Shown: one piece after another, positions 1 through 9,914 of the stretch
How positions within the stretch are numbered: position 1 is the first letter of the stretch
Layout: each line of letters begins with the position of its first letter
Sequence record: MN871444.1
Direction: 5' to 3' (one strand)
DNA length: 64,000 nucleotides
Program-made: the position numbers and the translations under genes
Notes under the pieces: model-generated
Database searches by the model: none
Seen by the model: the letters and a program-made list of their open reading frames with translations, nothing else
What the model was told of the DNA's origin: nothing

Positions 1-33
1 CAACATCATGGTGTTGGTAATATCTTCGGTGAG

Positions 34-498
34 GTGACCATGTACGGTGTTATAGATGGTATCTTTGAAGGGGATACACTCAAAGCGCGGCTTTATGACG
101 AAGATCATGATCATGAGTTTTTCGATGTGTGCATCGTCACTAAAACGGACTTTTCTGAAAAAGACTGGAACGAGATTATGATTGCTCCTGAAGCCGGATT
201 CATTTTTCTGATAGTTAACAATAAATGCATATTGAGGAGAAAAAACATGACTACTGAAACTAAAACCACCGAGACCAAATACATCACACTTCCATCGGGA
301 AAGACCGTATGTCTGGATAAGATTCTGGTCGTTAGTGAAGTAAAGAAAATAGAAGGCCTCTGCACTGAGTCTTATATTTTCCACATTCACTATAGCGGAC
401 AAACCTCACCGGTAGTGATGTCGTATGGCGATAATAAATACATCGCTAGTATGGACTGTGCCGCATTATCTCGTAAATTAACCGGAGAAAAAGAATAG
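34..498 (+). CDS. Hypothetical protein, first of three tandem paralogs (N-terminal M-x-YG-[VI]-I motif)
   Basis: ORF track; N-terminus aligns by eye with the next two ORFs; internal GAGGAG RBS plus in-frame ATG at 247. Confidence 0.6.
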   Translation: MTMYGVIDGIFEGDTLKARLYDEDHDHEFFDVCIVTKTDFSEKDWNEIMIAPEAGFIFLIVNNKCILRRKNMTTETKTTETKYITLPSGKTVCLDKILVVSEVKKIEGLCTESYIFHIHYSGQTSPVVMSYGDNKYIASMDCAALSRKLTGEKE

Positions 499-894
499 AT
501 GAAATACTACGGGATTGTTAACGCGATAAATGACGGCGTGGTCACGTCCACCATCTATGATGCTTATAGTAATAAACAGTATCGTTTTGAATGTCAGTTA
601 TCTCGGTTTAAAGACCCAACTCAGGTAATTCCCGGTTATTTGTTTGTGCGGAGAAGAACCGCTGAGGTAGATTATTTTGAGTGGTATTGGTCCTGGAGGG
701 CACGGGAGCTGTACGCCCCAATCAAAGCATGCGTCACAGTAAAACCGTTAGAAGACTACGTGATGACCAATGAAGTCATGGCGGAGATAGACGAATCCAT
801 CAAATCAGGGTTTGTGGAAATTCCAGAGAACATAAATACAGTGGAAGAAATGGATGCTTGGCTGACGGGACTTAATCTTGGGGACAGTAAATGA
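499..894 (+). CDS. Hypothetical protein, paralog 2
   Basis: MKYYGIVNAI..., abuts the previous stop codon. Confidence 0.65.
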   Translation: MKYYGIVNAINDGVVTSTIYDAYSNKQYRFECQLSRFKDPTQVIPGYLFVRRRTAEVDYFEWYWSWRARELYAPIKACVTVKPLEDYVMTNEVMAEIDESIKSGFVEIPENINTVEEMDAWLTGLNLGDSK

Positions 895-1211
895 GATATT
901 ACGGAATCATTGAAAGCATTCAAGGTGATGAATTCACTGCGGGTGTTTACTCCATATCTGGAGATAAGATCGGCGCATTTACAAGCAAACTGGGGGTTTT
1001 TAAAGGGGGGTTAGTTCCCAGGGTTGGTGCTGCATTTTGCCGAATAAATGGACTCACTGAAGATTATTATGAAGTCAGCCTATATTGGTCATGGTGGAAC
1101 CAAAGAAAACTTGATACTACACCCAAAACCCCACTCCCCGATTGGTTACAAAAACACATGGTCGATATGGCGTTGGACGCGTATTTAAAAGATATCCCTA
1201 AAGGTCAATAA
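891..1211 (+). CDS. Hypothetical protein, paralog 3
   Basis: MRYYGIIESI...; its ATG overlaps the upstream stop; shares a YW-W motif with paralog 2. Confidence 0.65.
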   Translation: MRYYGIIESIQGDEFTAGVYSISGDKIGAFTSKLGVFKGGLVPRVGAAFCRINGLTEDYYEVSLYWSWWNQRKLDTTPKTPLPDWLQKHMVDMALDAYLKDIPKGQ

Positions 1212-1316
1212 TTACTACCCTAAGCTATAATGCGATAAAAAGAAAAGTCGGCCCATGAGCCAGACAGCCGTACGTCTTCAGGACGCTAAACACTCAATAA
1301 TAAATAGTCTAAACCC

Positions 1317-2516
1317 ATGAGGATTACAAACATGTCATATGAAAGTTATTTTCTATCAGAAGCAAAACTGGCCGGCGTTGCCAAAGCAGACCAAGAGCTG
1401 GTCTTGAAGATGCTGAAACCCATTTCAGATGAGGGGCATTCTGGCGGCAGTATGAGCATCTTTATCCAATGGTTGGAAGACTGGGCTAATAACCCACAAC
1501 CCATCACAGATAAACGCAGTATGCTCTACCCTGTACAGGAATCGGTCAAAGGTTTGTCCTACGAGGATTTGAAACGTATTGCAGGATACGTTTATAAGAC
1601 TTGCGCCTTTGAACCACTTACTCCTCTGACTGGGGAAGATAATGAGTGGATAGATCACGGGGATGGGCATTATCAAAATTGCCGATTTTCTAAAGTATTT
1701 AAAGAAGGAAAAGATGGCACCCCATATTGCATTGACCGTGTGGTCTGGTGCTACCCTTATAGTGATTTTTATGGTTGGGGTGGATGTACCCGCGGCGGCG
1801 GTTTAAGCTCTAAACCCATCACCTTCCCTTATGATCCATCGGCTCCGGAAAACGCAACTGTATATCGATATTTTCTGGCGGATGATTGGGTCGAAGAACT
1901 CCCATCGGAAATCCCTCACGATGTTTGGATTAAGTGGCAGCGGAAACGACATTTGTGTGGTACCGATCCCAATACCGGGAAACTTCGCTTATCAGCTATA
2001 TGCTTAGATGGCCTTACGTTGATTGAGGTTATAAATGCTTATGCTGCGGCGTGTAATCATATCGATAACACCGAAGGCTTCACTGTGGAACGGGCCATTT
2101 ACCGACTCGATATGGTCTGGGAGGAAGATAATGAAACCTGGTTGTCCTGGGGTGGCATCGAAATAAAGTCGGGTGGATTGGCACAAAAAATCATTTACTT
2201 GTTAGTCTCAAAGCCGACCGACGACCATGAATATTCGGTGCAACAAATACAGATGCTCGAACCGGGTAAGTTCTATCAGCGTTGGAACCATTACCGAGAC
2301 GACCACTTTGGTTGGGTTCAAGTAGGGAGAAACCCTGAGCCAGTTTATCTCGAAGACGGAGTTAGGGTTACCGGGGACCAGGATAACTATTTATTCCAAC
2401 AACGTCGCAAATATGGCTACGCCCACCCCAAACGTAAAGAGCATACGCTTTCATCAGAGAACATAATAGCATGTTCGGCTGAACTGCCGCCACTGGACGC
2501 TGCCGATCCGGCATAA
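1317..2516 (+). CDS. Conserved phage hypothetical protein (GHSGGS / LTPLTGEDNEW / YQNxR family) with C-terminal extension
   Basis: Motifs recalled from an uncharacterised family in large phages; 399 aa ORF. Confidence 0.6.
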   Translation: MRITNMSYESYFLSEAKLAGVAKADQELVLKMLKPISDEGHSGGSMSIFIQWLEDWANNPQPITDKRSMLYPVQESVKGLSYEDLKRIAGYVYKTCAFEPLTPLTGEDNEWIDHGDGHYQNCRFSKVFKEGKDGTPYCIDRVVWCYPYSDFYGWGGCTRGGGLSSKPITFPYDPSAPENATVYRYFLADDWVEELPSEIPHDVWIKWQRKRHLCGTDPNTGKLRLSAICLDGLTLIEVINAYAAACNHIDNTEGFTVERAIYRLDMVWEEDNETWLSWGGIEIKSGGLAQKIIYLLVSKPTDDHEYSVQQIQMLEPGKFYQRWNHYRDDHFGWVQVGRNPEPVYLEDGVRVTGDQDNYLFQQRRKYGYAHPKRKEHTLSSENIIACSAELPPLDAADPA

Positions 2517-2530
2517 CAAATAACCCCACA

Positions 2531-2550
2531 GGGAGGGCAATTGCCCTCCC
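2531..2550 (+). terminator. Hairpin terminator GGGAGGGC-AATT-GCCCTCCC
   Basis: Perfect 8-bp stem just after a stop codon. Confidence 0.6.
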
Positions 2551-2573
2551 TCTATACCCTGGAGATAAATATC

Positions 2574-2837
2574 ATGAATATTCGACAACGTCGTAAACGC
2601 ATTGCCCGCTCACGTAAAATCGGTGGGTTCGTACTGGACTTTGACGATGGGACAACTCTGCAGGTTCCCATCTTTGATTCGCGTATTGCTAAAGAAGGTT
2701 GCGATACGGCAATTGCCAATGCAGTGAAATCAGCGTTATTGTTCGATGCTGTTCGCAAAGGCACGACCGATATCGTAGATGTCGAAGTGACCGTAAAAGG
2801 TCGTGACATTCAGATTGATTGGATAGGGGAAGTGTAA
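2574..2837 (+). CDS. Hypothetical basic protein
   Basis: GGAG RBS before ATG 2574, in frame with ORF 2541..2837. Confidence 0.6.
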   Translation: MNIRQRRKRIARSRKIGGFVLDFDDGTTLQVPIFDSRIAKEGCDTAIANAVKSALLFDAVRKGTTDIVDVEVTVKGRDIQIDWIGEV

Positions 2838-2839
2838 CT

Positions 2840-3619
2840 ATGCCTGATGTGATTTCCCACCCGAAGAAAGGTACAGTTGAAATATCGGCTGACGTGTACG
2901 AAGCGCTGCGGGCGTATCATCAAGGTCGGATTCTCGTACCTGAACGTCTGACGGATTATCGCAAACAAAACGGTCTTAAAGTAGGTGAATTCAGTGAGAC
3001 TATCGGCTACAGTTGCGTATCAGCCATTGAACGGCACGGTACTCAGCCTAGCGCGCCTGTTATGGACCGCCTGCAAGTAGCCTATCCCAAGGCAAAATTT
3101 GTGGTGGAACTCCCCGCACTGACCGCTGAGAAAGATCAAAATCCCTGCATCAATGTAGATAAAATCGTTCGGCACATCAAGCGCAAATACCCGGATAGCA
3201 GTAGAGCGGAACTGTGTGAGATTACGGGCCTTGCGATGACTCAGCTGTTTAAATTGCTGGCGAGGTCATATCGGGATTTCAAACCACTTACCGCTGGGCG
3301 GATGTTCCGTAGTTTGGGCATAGTGCCAGAACGTTATTTACTCGGGGTAATACTGCCTGAGAAAATGACTCAGGAATATGCTGATATTCTGGAAATGGCC
3401 GCACGGAATAAAGTCACCGTATTTAGCCAGTTTATGTCGACGGTTCCTGGAGTAATGGAAGACCTCACCCGGGAACTTAATCTGTCGAACCAAATCATCA
3501 GAATGTACCAGTCGGGTAAATCGTTCCCGTTACTTACCAACTACTTGAAAATCTGTGAATATTACGGATTACCGTTTTATTATTTCGAGCAAGATTGGTT
3601 GGCAAACGGTGAGCACTAA
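2840..3619 (+). CDS. Protein with three tandem XRE/Cro-C1-like helix-turn-helix domains
   Basis: Three HTH-like segments: YRKQNGLKVGEFSETIG, SRAELCEITGLAMTQLFKL, EDLTRELNLSNQIIRMYQSGKSFP..YLKICEYYG. Confidence 0.6.
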   Translation: MPDVISHPKKGTVEISADVYEALRAYHQGRILVPERLTDYRKQNGLKVGEFSETIGYSCVSAIERHGTQPSAPVMDRLQVAYPKAKFVVELPALTAEKDQNPCINVDKIVRHIKRKYPDSSRAELCEITGLAMTQLFKLLARSYRDFKPLTAGRMFRSLGIVPERYLLGVILPEKMTQEYADILEMAARNKVTVFSQFMSTVPGVMEDLTRELNLSNQIIRMYQSGKSFPLLTNYLKICEYYGLPFYYFEQDWLANGEH

Positions 3620-3667
3620 CGGCATAGGAGGAGGCTTGCGCCTCCTCCATTTATGTTGTCTTTTTTT
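3618..3667. terminator. Bidirectional terminator between convergent genes, with AACGGCATA / TTTATGTTGTC flanks
   Basis: GGAGGAGGC-TTGC-GCCTCCTCC stem at 3627-3648. Confidence 0.75.
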
Positions 3668-4478
3668 ATTTTGGGAAAAAGCCAATCACTTCACGGACCT
3701 TTTCCCTGGACTTGGCCCCGATACTACGTTGTACCTGGATAACTTCGAATTCCATGCCTTTATATACTTCACGGGTTCCAACGGTATCTGACCCGGATAC
3801 AATGACTTTATGACCTTCATTGGATAGTTGAAGCATACACGACATAAGTTGTTCGTGCTCTCGATAATTGAATCCCTTGGATTCATAATTCGTGAAATTC
3901 GAAGTGGGATTCCACGGAACGTACGGGGGGTCACAATAAATGGTGCTCCCCTGTGGGAATGTTTGTTCTGTCAAAATAGAATCAAACGCACCACATAAAA
4001 ACCGGGTATCTGTTCTACGTATTTTATCGTGCATTTCTAATACTGCGGCTTTGGGGTAAAGCGGTTTGGTTCTACGGCCAAACGGAACATTAATTTCATT
4101 TCGACGGTTATACCGGCATAACCCATTAAAGCCGTGTCGGTTTAAATACATGAACATGGCGGATTGAACAACCTTATCTTCGGTACGGGCATTGAACTTA
4201 TCTTTAGTTTCCAGGTAAGTGTCAAGATTATTACCGGTGGCAAATAAAGGTTCGGCGCACGCCAGTAAATCATGCGGGTTCTCGTCGACAGTTTCATAGA
4301 AAGCGATTAAATCTTTATTGATGTCGGCTAGAATATAACTTGGATAATCCGTATTAAGAAATACCGCGGCACTCCCCACGAAAGGTTCTACCAGACAGGA
4401 CACCTCACCAAAGTGGGGTTTTAATGCATGGACTATTTTGCTTTTACCGCCAGGCCATAATAACGGGGCTGTTTTCAT
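3666..4478 (-). CDS. dam: DNA adenine methyltransferase (Dam family)
   Basis: WPGGKSK, EPFVGSAAVF, ADINKDLI, YLNRHGFNGLCRYN and DPPY motifs. Confidence 0.93.
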   Translation of the reverse strand: MKTAPLLWPGGKSKIVHALKPHFGEVSCLVEPFVGSAAVFLNTDYPSYILADINKDLIAFYETVDENPHDLLACAEPLFATGNNLDTYLETKDKFNARTEDKVVQSAMFMYLNRHGFNGLCRYNRRNEINVPFGRRTKPLYPKAAVLEMHDKIRRTDTRFLCGAFDSILTEQTFPQGSTIYCDPPYVPWNPTSNFTNYESKGFNYREHEQLMSCMLQLSNEGHKVIVSGSDTVGTREVYKGMEFEVIQVQRSIGAKSREKVREVIGFFPK

Positions 4479-4504
4479 TCTATCATCCTAATATTTTTAA
4501 GGAA

Positions 4505-4512
4505 TATATTAC
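4505..4512 (+). promoter_or_regulatory. TATATTAC phiKZ-type early promoter motif
   Basis: Exact match to the phiKZ early promoter consensus, in an intergenic region before a + strand block. Confidence 0.6.
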
Positions 4513-4559
4513 TTTGGTGAATGTACTATATACGATCCATCTATTGAGGGTAAAATAAA

Positions 4560-5138
4560 ATGACTGCAACTAAAGTATTTGACGATATTTATCTGGTTCG
4601 GGACTATAATGAATTTGTGGCATTAGCTGAACAATTAAGCGTACATGTCGCATATCACCGGAATACTAATATAAGTGGGTACCCGGCGTTGGTAGATACC
4701 CGCGGTACCTGGGAAATCAAATCTCTCGGTGACGTAGTTGCAACACAAAACGTAGACGCCGAACCTGCTCCAAACAACATTCAAACCACCACCGTAGTAT
4801 TGGAGGTAGGCGGGGGCTTGTTAGAAGGGGGGCGTTTGTTAACGCAAGCACTTCCGGCCGGACACCATGTTGTTGGGGTTGACATAACCGGGGTTGCTTC
4901 CGTGGGGGTTCCAACCAAACTTCCGATCAAGTGTCTTATCACAACAGAAAACGAAGGTACTGCGGTGATGTCAGCAGTACGTGATATTCCGTGTGAAGAC
5001 GGTGATTTCATGCCATTGTGGTTTAAGGCCACTTATGCCAACGGTCGGTTCAAAGCAGCCAAACTCATGCATAGCGATTCTAATGGGCATACATTCCGTT
5101 CCGTTACGCTGGCCATCCACACCTATAAGCCGTTTTAA
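4560..5138 (+). CDS. Hypothetical protein
   Basis: ORF with GAGGG RBS after a promoter motif. Confidence 0.6.
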   Translation: MTATKVFDDIYLVRDYNEFVALAEQLSVHVAYHRNTNISGYPALVDTRGTWEIKSLGDVVATQNVDAEPAPNNIQTTTVVLEVGGGLLEGGRLLTQALPAGHHVVGVDITGVASVGVPTKLPIKCLITTENEGTAVMSAVRDIPCEDGDFMPLWFKATYANGRFKAAKLMHSDSNGHTFRSVTLAIHTYKPF

Positions 5139-5173
5139 CTGACAGCTCATCCCATAAACCTAGGACAATTATC

Positions 5174-6400
5174 ATGACCACCAAATCCAAATTCAGTCGA
5201 TTTCTGATGCGCTCTATTTCCTGCGGTATCACTAACCAGCTCGGCAATAAAGTTTTATACCGCATCAATCTCAAAATCGACCTCGCAGATTTATTTCTGG
5301 AGTCCATCCCCGACGATAATTTGCGTGAGGTATGTAAATGTACCCGCTGCTTAGATAACTTACGTCAGTGGGGTAATACGGCGTATTTTGATGAAAGCCG
5401 TGGTACGTATAACAGTGTCTTCTTCGATTACACCGGGGATTACGCTGTGTCCATGGATCTGCCCGATGATGAATTCTGGCCCTTTGTTAAAACGCTGCAC
5501 AAACTACTAAACGACGACCCTGAAGTGACTGAGGTCATAGCTGCCCAGGTCGGCAGTAAGCCCACTTTAAATAACGTTGGGTATGAGCATTTTCACATTA
5601 AACCAACGGATGGTTGGAAAGACTGCGTACGGCGCCCGGATATGCCCCGTGTATTGAACATTCAATCGCGGTGGTTTAGTAAGTGGGGTAATAATGACTC
5701 ACTCATCCGAGAAGCTTCTGATGTGGTGGTCAAGGTAACTGACGAGCTGAAAAAACGCCCGGATATGCAAACAGCCGCTGCCCGTCTTTTGCGGCAATTT
5801 ACTGGGTTTGAATCTATTTGGCGTAACCAGCAATTCGTCCGCACCAAAGCCATGTCCGATGGTTCGGATTCGATGATGCTCCCGGTCAGGTATGCATTAC
5901 ATTACACCTATACTGAACATCGTTCACCCTACATTCTCAGTATTTTGGATTCTCTTTATTCAGACCCCGAGAGTAAATATCGTGAAGGCTTGGTTGAGCG
6001 GACAGTAAACCGGATTTTAATGGATGTTGAAGCCGACAAAGCTAAAAATACCAAGGAACATATTGCCCGTCATCAGGCCATGTTTGATAAATGGGTGGCA
6101 TGGTCATTGGAGGCTAAATTGTTGACCTCATCACCGAATAGCTTCGCTAAGTTAATTACCATCATGGTCGACCTTGATTCCATAGAAGCAGAATCTTTGC
6201 TGTTGGTTCGAGAGGCGTTTGATGGTTTCGAGATCGGCGAGATTGAAACCATGCCGGATTCGCTCCGTAACTCCGTTGCAATTCGATGGATGTTGAGTGA
6301 AAACTATTTAAGTTCAACATTTAAACCTGGATTGCAGCCGGCGTTTACTTTAACTGAAACAGGGATTCTTGCAAAACACCTGCTAGCCTCTAAGAAATAA
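5174..6400 (+). CDS. Hypothetical protein with CxCxxC motif, paralog of the next gene
   Basis: CKCTRCLDNLRQWG...SVFFD resembles HTCNTCAGFFRKYG...SVLWD in the next gene. Confidence 0.6.
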   Translation: MTTKSKFSRFLMRSISCGITNQLGNKVLYRINLKIDLADLFLESIPDDNLREVCKCTRCLDNLRQWGNTAYFDESRGTYNSVFFDYTGDYAVSMDLPDDEFWPFVKTLHKLLNDDPEVTEVIAAQVGSKPTLNNVGYEHFHIKPTDGWKDCVRRPDMPRVLNIQSRWFSKWGNNDSLIREASDVVVKVTDELKKRPDMQTAAARLLRQFTGFESIWRNQQFVRTKAMSDGSDSMMLPVRYALHYTYTEHRSPYILSILDSLYSDPESKYREGLVERTVNRILMDVEADKAKNTKEHIARHQAMFDKWVAWSLEAKLLTSSPNSFAKLITIMVDLDSIEAESLLLVREAFDGFEIGEIETMPDSLRNSVAIRWMLSENYLSSTFKPGLQPAFTLTETGILAKHLLASKK

Positions 6401-6466
6401 ATTACAGTCGGTGGTCAGTTTATGACCACCGTTTTAATAAAACAACCACAAAGTAAGGATTCAACA

Positions 6467-8014
6467 ATGAATGTTACTGTAGCCTTGGATTATTCCAAAC
6501 TGTTAGAACACGTAAAAGCAACCGCCGCCAAAAATCTCACCGATCAGTCCGTGGCGTTATTCGCGACCGCTCCCGAAACCAAACTGTATCAGACCTACCT
6601 CGACGCATTTGAAGACGCTGAACGCCAATCGCACACCTGCAACACCTGCGCTGGGTTCTTTCGCAAATACGGCGGCCTGGTAGCCATCAACCCGGTTACT
6701 GGTGAACAAGCATCGGTGCTATGGGACGAAACTGATGCACCTGAAGGGTACGCCACCATCATCACGGCACTTCGTTGTGCGGTGGAAGGGGCTCCGGTGT
6801 CTTACCCGTTCTTCACTGATCGTATCGAGCCGCTGACGGTTGTCAAAGACAGCGATTTCGACGCACGGAAAGCCTTGGCTGAAGCCATTGAAAATCGTGG
6901 CCTGTTTAAGCGCAGTCTGGGTCTTTTCAAAAACAGTTCACTGCAGCAGTTACTGCATAAGTTCACCTATGACGCGGCATTACGTCACCTGGAAGCCGAG
7001 CGGGAACGCGTAGAAGCCTTCACCGAATTTCTGGCGTTCATCCGAAGCACCCCCAATCGTAAAGCTCAGGAAAACCTCATCTGGTTGAAAGCGGCGACCG
7101 ACCATGGGTACATCACCGCTTTCAAAAACGATCTTATCGGCCAGCTGGCGATAGATTTCAGTGAAGGTGACTCGAACGCGGTTTCTCAATACCTCCACCG
7201 CCGTAAGGGTGAAAACTACATGCGCCCTAAAGCGGAAGTCGACGATAACCAACTGGATGTGGCTCAGAAGCTGATCGTGGACCTAAACCTTCAGACGGCT
7301 TTGCAACGTAAAGTCGTTACCGCTGACGAAATTCCAGATACTGCCATTATCTGGACTGCATCTCCAGAAACCGAAACTCCGACGGATACCACCGATCTAT
7401 TTAGTGAGTTGCGGACCAACCAAAAGGCACCGGATACGGCACCTACGGTTATGGGACCTCAGGATTGGGGTACCGTAATGCGTGATCTGCTACCTAAAGC
7501 AACGAAAATTCGTTACTTTGTCCCTCAACAGGTAGTCCTCGGCGGGATGATAACTGCAGAAGTGGAATCTTCTGAGCCGATCATTAAATGGGATACTCCG
7601 GAACACCGTAACCCAGTGTCCCCATGGGGACACATCGATCGCAGTTTGCCGCACGTTTATGGCCTGAATAACGGGTGGACCGACGTGGCATGTATTACCC
7701 GGCAGGTAGATGCTTGGGGTACACCGGATGTTGAACCTACTTCTGTGTTCCTGCATTTACCTAAAGCACACATCACCGAAGAACAGCACGCCCCAGGCCT
7801 GGGGTTGTTCCCCGAAATTCTCCGTTCTGAACTATACCCCATTCGCGCTGTGATGGAACGTTATTCCAACTCCAAACGGGCCGCGGGTTGGGAGCACAGT
7901 GCATTATTTGCATTTTGGCATAAAGGGTTCAATCTGGCTAACGGCGCCGTAGCCCGTCTGTGGATGACACTGCCGACAGGCGATGTCGTCGTTGATATTT
8001 CTCGCTGGGAATAA
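6467..8014 (+). CDS. Conserved phage protein (LYQTYLDAF..RQSHTCNTC family)
   Basis: Widespread uncharacterised phage family motif; AAGGA RBS before ATG 6467. Confidence 0.65.
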   Translation: MNVTVALDYSKLLEHVKATAAKNLTDQSVALFATAPETKLYQTYLDAFEDAERQSHTCNTCAGFFRKYGGLVAINPVTGEQASVLWDETDAPEGYATIITALRCAVEGAPVSYPFFTDRIEPLTVVKDSDFDARKALAEAIENRGLFKRSLGLFKNSSLQQLLHKFTYDAALRHLEAERERVEAFTEFLAFIRSTPNRKAQENLIWLKAATDHGYITAFKNDLIGQLAIDFSEGDSNAVSQYLHRRKGENYMRPKAEVDDNQLDVAQKLIVDLNLQTALQRKVVTADEIPDTAIIWTASPETETPTDTTDLFSELRTNQKAPDTAPTVMGPQDWGTVMRDLLPKATKIRYFVPQQVVLGGMITAEVESSEPIIKWDTPEHRNPVSPWGHIDRSLPHVYGLNNGWTDVACITRQVDAWGTPDVEPTSVFLHLPKAHITEEQHAPGLGLFPEILRSELYPIRAVMERYSNSKRAAGWEHSALFAFWHKGFNLANGAVARLWMTLPTGDVVVDISRWE

Positions 8015-8075
8015 CCGGCATATCGGGTAGGGCTTTACCCCTACCCTTATTTATTTAAACAAAAGGTAACCCCCA

Positions 8076-8624
8076 ATGGCTACTGAGACTGAACGCGTAT
8101 ACCGCGGTATTTTTTCATCTATTCCCGAAGGGGGTAGTTACACCATCATTCAACAGTGGGAAGGGTTTGTCCATCGTGATGATGGAATGATCACGAACCG
8201 CTGTCGCGCATGTTTGGCGATTAACGACGGCGTGAAAGGCGAAAAGACATTTAGCGCCTGCACCAAGTATACCTACAGCCGGGATGACTTGGATAAATCT
8301 GCGGTCGAGCTGGAAACCGATAACCTCACTGAAAGTCAGATTGAGATCATCTCCAGTATGTTGGACGTCTCGATATTCAAAAAACGCTACGTGCTGCAAG
8401 GTAACGGCCTGACTTTGGATGTGGATGTTTTCTATGACCAAATCCATAAAGAATGGCTGAACGCGTTTAAGGTCGATATCGAGGGTGGGGAAACGCCATC
8501 TGAAGAAGATGTTAAAAACATTCTGGCCGAACATGGATTCGTGGTCGAAGCTTTCATTCCAGTGCAAGAATTTGGTAAACGGTTTAACGCCATTACCCGG
8601 ATAGAACAGTTTAAAAATAATTAA
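8076..8624 (+). CDS. CYTH-domain (triphosphate tunnel metalloenzyme-like) protein
   Basis: N-terminal ExE (ETERVY), RxR, ELET, KKRY and DIE pattern of the CYTH fold. Confidence 0.7.
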   Translation: MATETERVYRGIFSSIPEGGSYTIIQQWEGFVHRDDGMITNRCRACLAINDGVKGEKTFSACTKYTYSRDDLDKSAVELETDNLTESQIEIISSMLDVSIFKKRYVLQGNGLTLDVDVFYDQIHKEWLNAFKVDIEGGETPSEEDVKNILAEHGFVVEAFIPVQEFGKRFNAITRIEQFKNN

Positions 8625-8628
8625 TCTG

Positions 8629-8653
8629 AAGGTGGGGTAACCCCACCTTTTTT
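8629..8653 (+). terminator. Intrinsic terminator AAGGTGGGG-TAA-CCCCACCTT followed by a T-run
   Basis: GC stem followed by a T-run. Confidence 0.75.
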
Positions 8654-8672
8654 ATATCGTAGGGGTACTAAT

Positions 8673-9416
8673 ATGTTTCAATTCAATATTTGGCGTAATG
8701 CGGTAGTGGTCACCGAAGAAATGGGCAAAGCTTACGTCGGACTTTCAGACGAATTGAAGAAAGACTTTCTTACGATTCGCGAAGCCTGCGAAACTATGCT
8801 AGTTGAATGTAGTGCTTTGGAAGATGGTGCGGACAAATTGACCTCTCGAATTTGTCATTTCAAACGCATTGGGATATGGAACTTGGATATGGTCATAACC
8901 ATAGGTTCCCCCATACGGGTTTTGGGTTTAAAGCGTGTTCTTATAGACCCATCCATTGATTTTCCAGACCACTATCCGCTATTTAAAATTGATATCTCAC
9001 CAGCTGTTCGTACCTCCCCCGCGGAAACCATACTTACGGAAAGAAAGGCGACTTACATTACCTGGGATGAATTCGATTTTCTTCAGAAGAAAGCGAAAGA
9101 ATATTCAAACAGTGCCTCGGTGCTAATAGCCTATTTAAATAGTCACTTTCAATCAAAAATAAATGAATCGGTTCGACCGATTCCCTTCTACCCCGAATTG
9201 ATATCCAGATACCGCGCCATGGCTGAGTCCTGCGGCCCTAGCGAAGAAACGCTACACCTGCTGGATATGCTCAATACCCTGGATCATTCACCAGAACAGT
9301 CTTTAACCAAAAAGCATCGCTGGCTCGGATGGATTCAGGGTGAGCTGATTCATCTTGGTGCAACCACCGTTCAAGCAGAGCGTGATTTTACTCGCGATAT
9401 ATTTAAGGGGGCTTAA
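8673..9416 (+). CDS. Hypothetical protein with C-terminal KxHRWLGWIQG phage domain
   Basis: ORF track; motif recalled from uncharacterised phage proteins. Confidence 0.6.
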   Translation: MFQFNIWRNAVVVTEEMGKAYVGLSDELKKDFLTIREACETMLVECSALEDGADKLTSRICHFKRIGIWNLDMVITIGSPIRVLGLKRVLIDPSIDFPDHYPLFKIDISPAVRTSPAETILTERKATYITWDEFDFLQKKAKEYSNSASVLIAYLNSHFQSKINESVRPIPFYPELISRYRAMAESCGPSEETLHLLDMLNTLDHSPEQSLTKKHRWLGWIQGELIHLGATTVQAERDFTRDIFKGA

Positions 9417-9914
9417 ATGTTAATTAAGATTTTGGGTATCGTTATTGCAACGGGCCGAGATAAGTCATTATTGAGTGAACGGTCAGAAAGAATCGATCCG
9501 GGTATTGCCCAAACTACCTCTACCGGTTTGTGCGTTATTTCCGATATGCCGAAATCGGAGTTACTGACCCCAAAGAAAAATACAGTCATGGGGGTTAAAG
9601 TCAATCCGTTGGTGGCGGCCATCCCGTGGCCGGATGTGGGTGATGACTCGTGGGGACAGACCTATCTACTCAATGCGGTTGTTGAGTTCGACAGCCATGA
9701 GTGGTTTAGCATCTGCATAGTGGACCGACTCAAGAAAAACTTAGGCTTTATGCTAGACCTGCCTGGGCAGATAGCCTACGATAAATTGTATTCGTTACAC
9801 TGTGTCCATTATTCAAAAATGCATCCCGACGTCTTACGTGAAATTCCACAACTCATGGGACATATTCTGAATTGCTACAATAATGGCCCATTTAGTCGTC
9901 GAGGGAGGGCATAA
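9417..9914 (+). CDS. Hypothetical phage protein (LHCVHYSKM motif)
   Basis: ORF abuts both neighbours. Confidence 0.55.
   Translation: MLIKILGIVIATGRDKSLLSERSERIDPGIAQTTSTGLCVISDMPKSELLTPKKNTVMGVKVNPLVAAIPWPDVGDDSWGQTYLLNAVVEFDSHEWFSICIVDRLKKNLGFMLDLPGQIAYDKLYSLHCVHYSKMHPDVLREIPQLMGHILNCYNNGPFSRRGRA

Noticed and set aside
1212-1316. Sigma70 promoter (TATAAT at 1226) with small hairpins
   Set aside because: No matching -35 element, and the short stems are expected by chance
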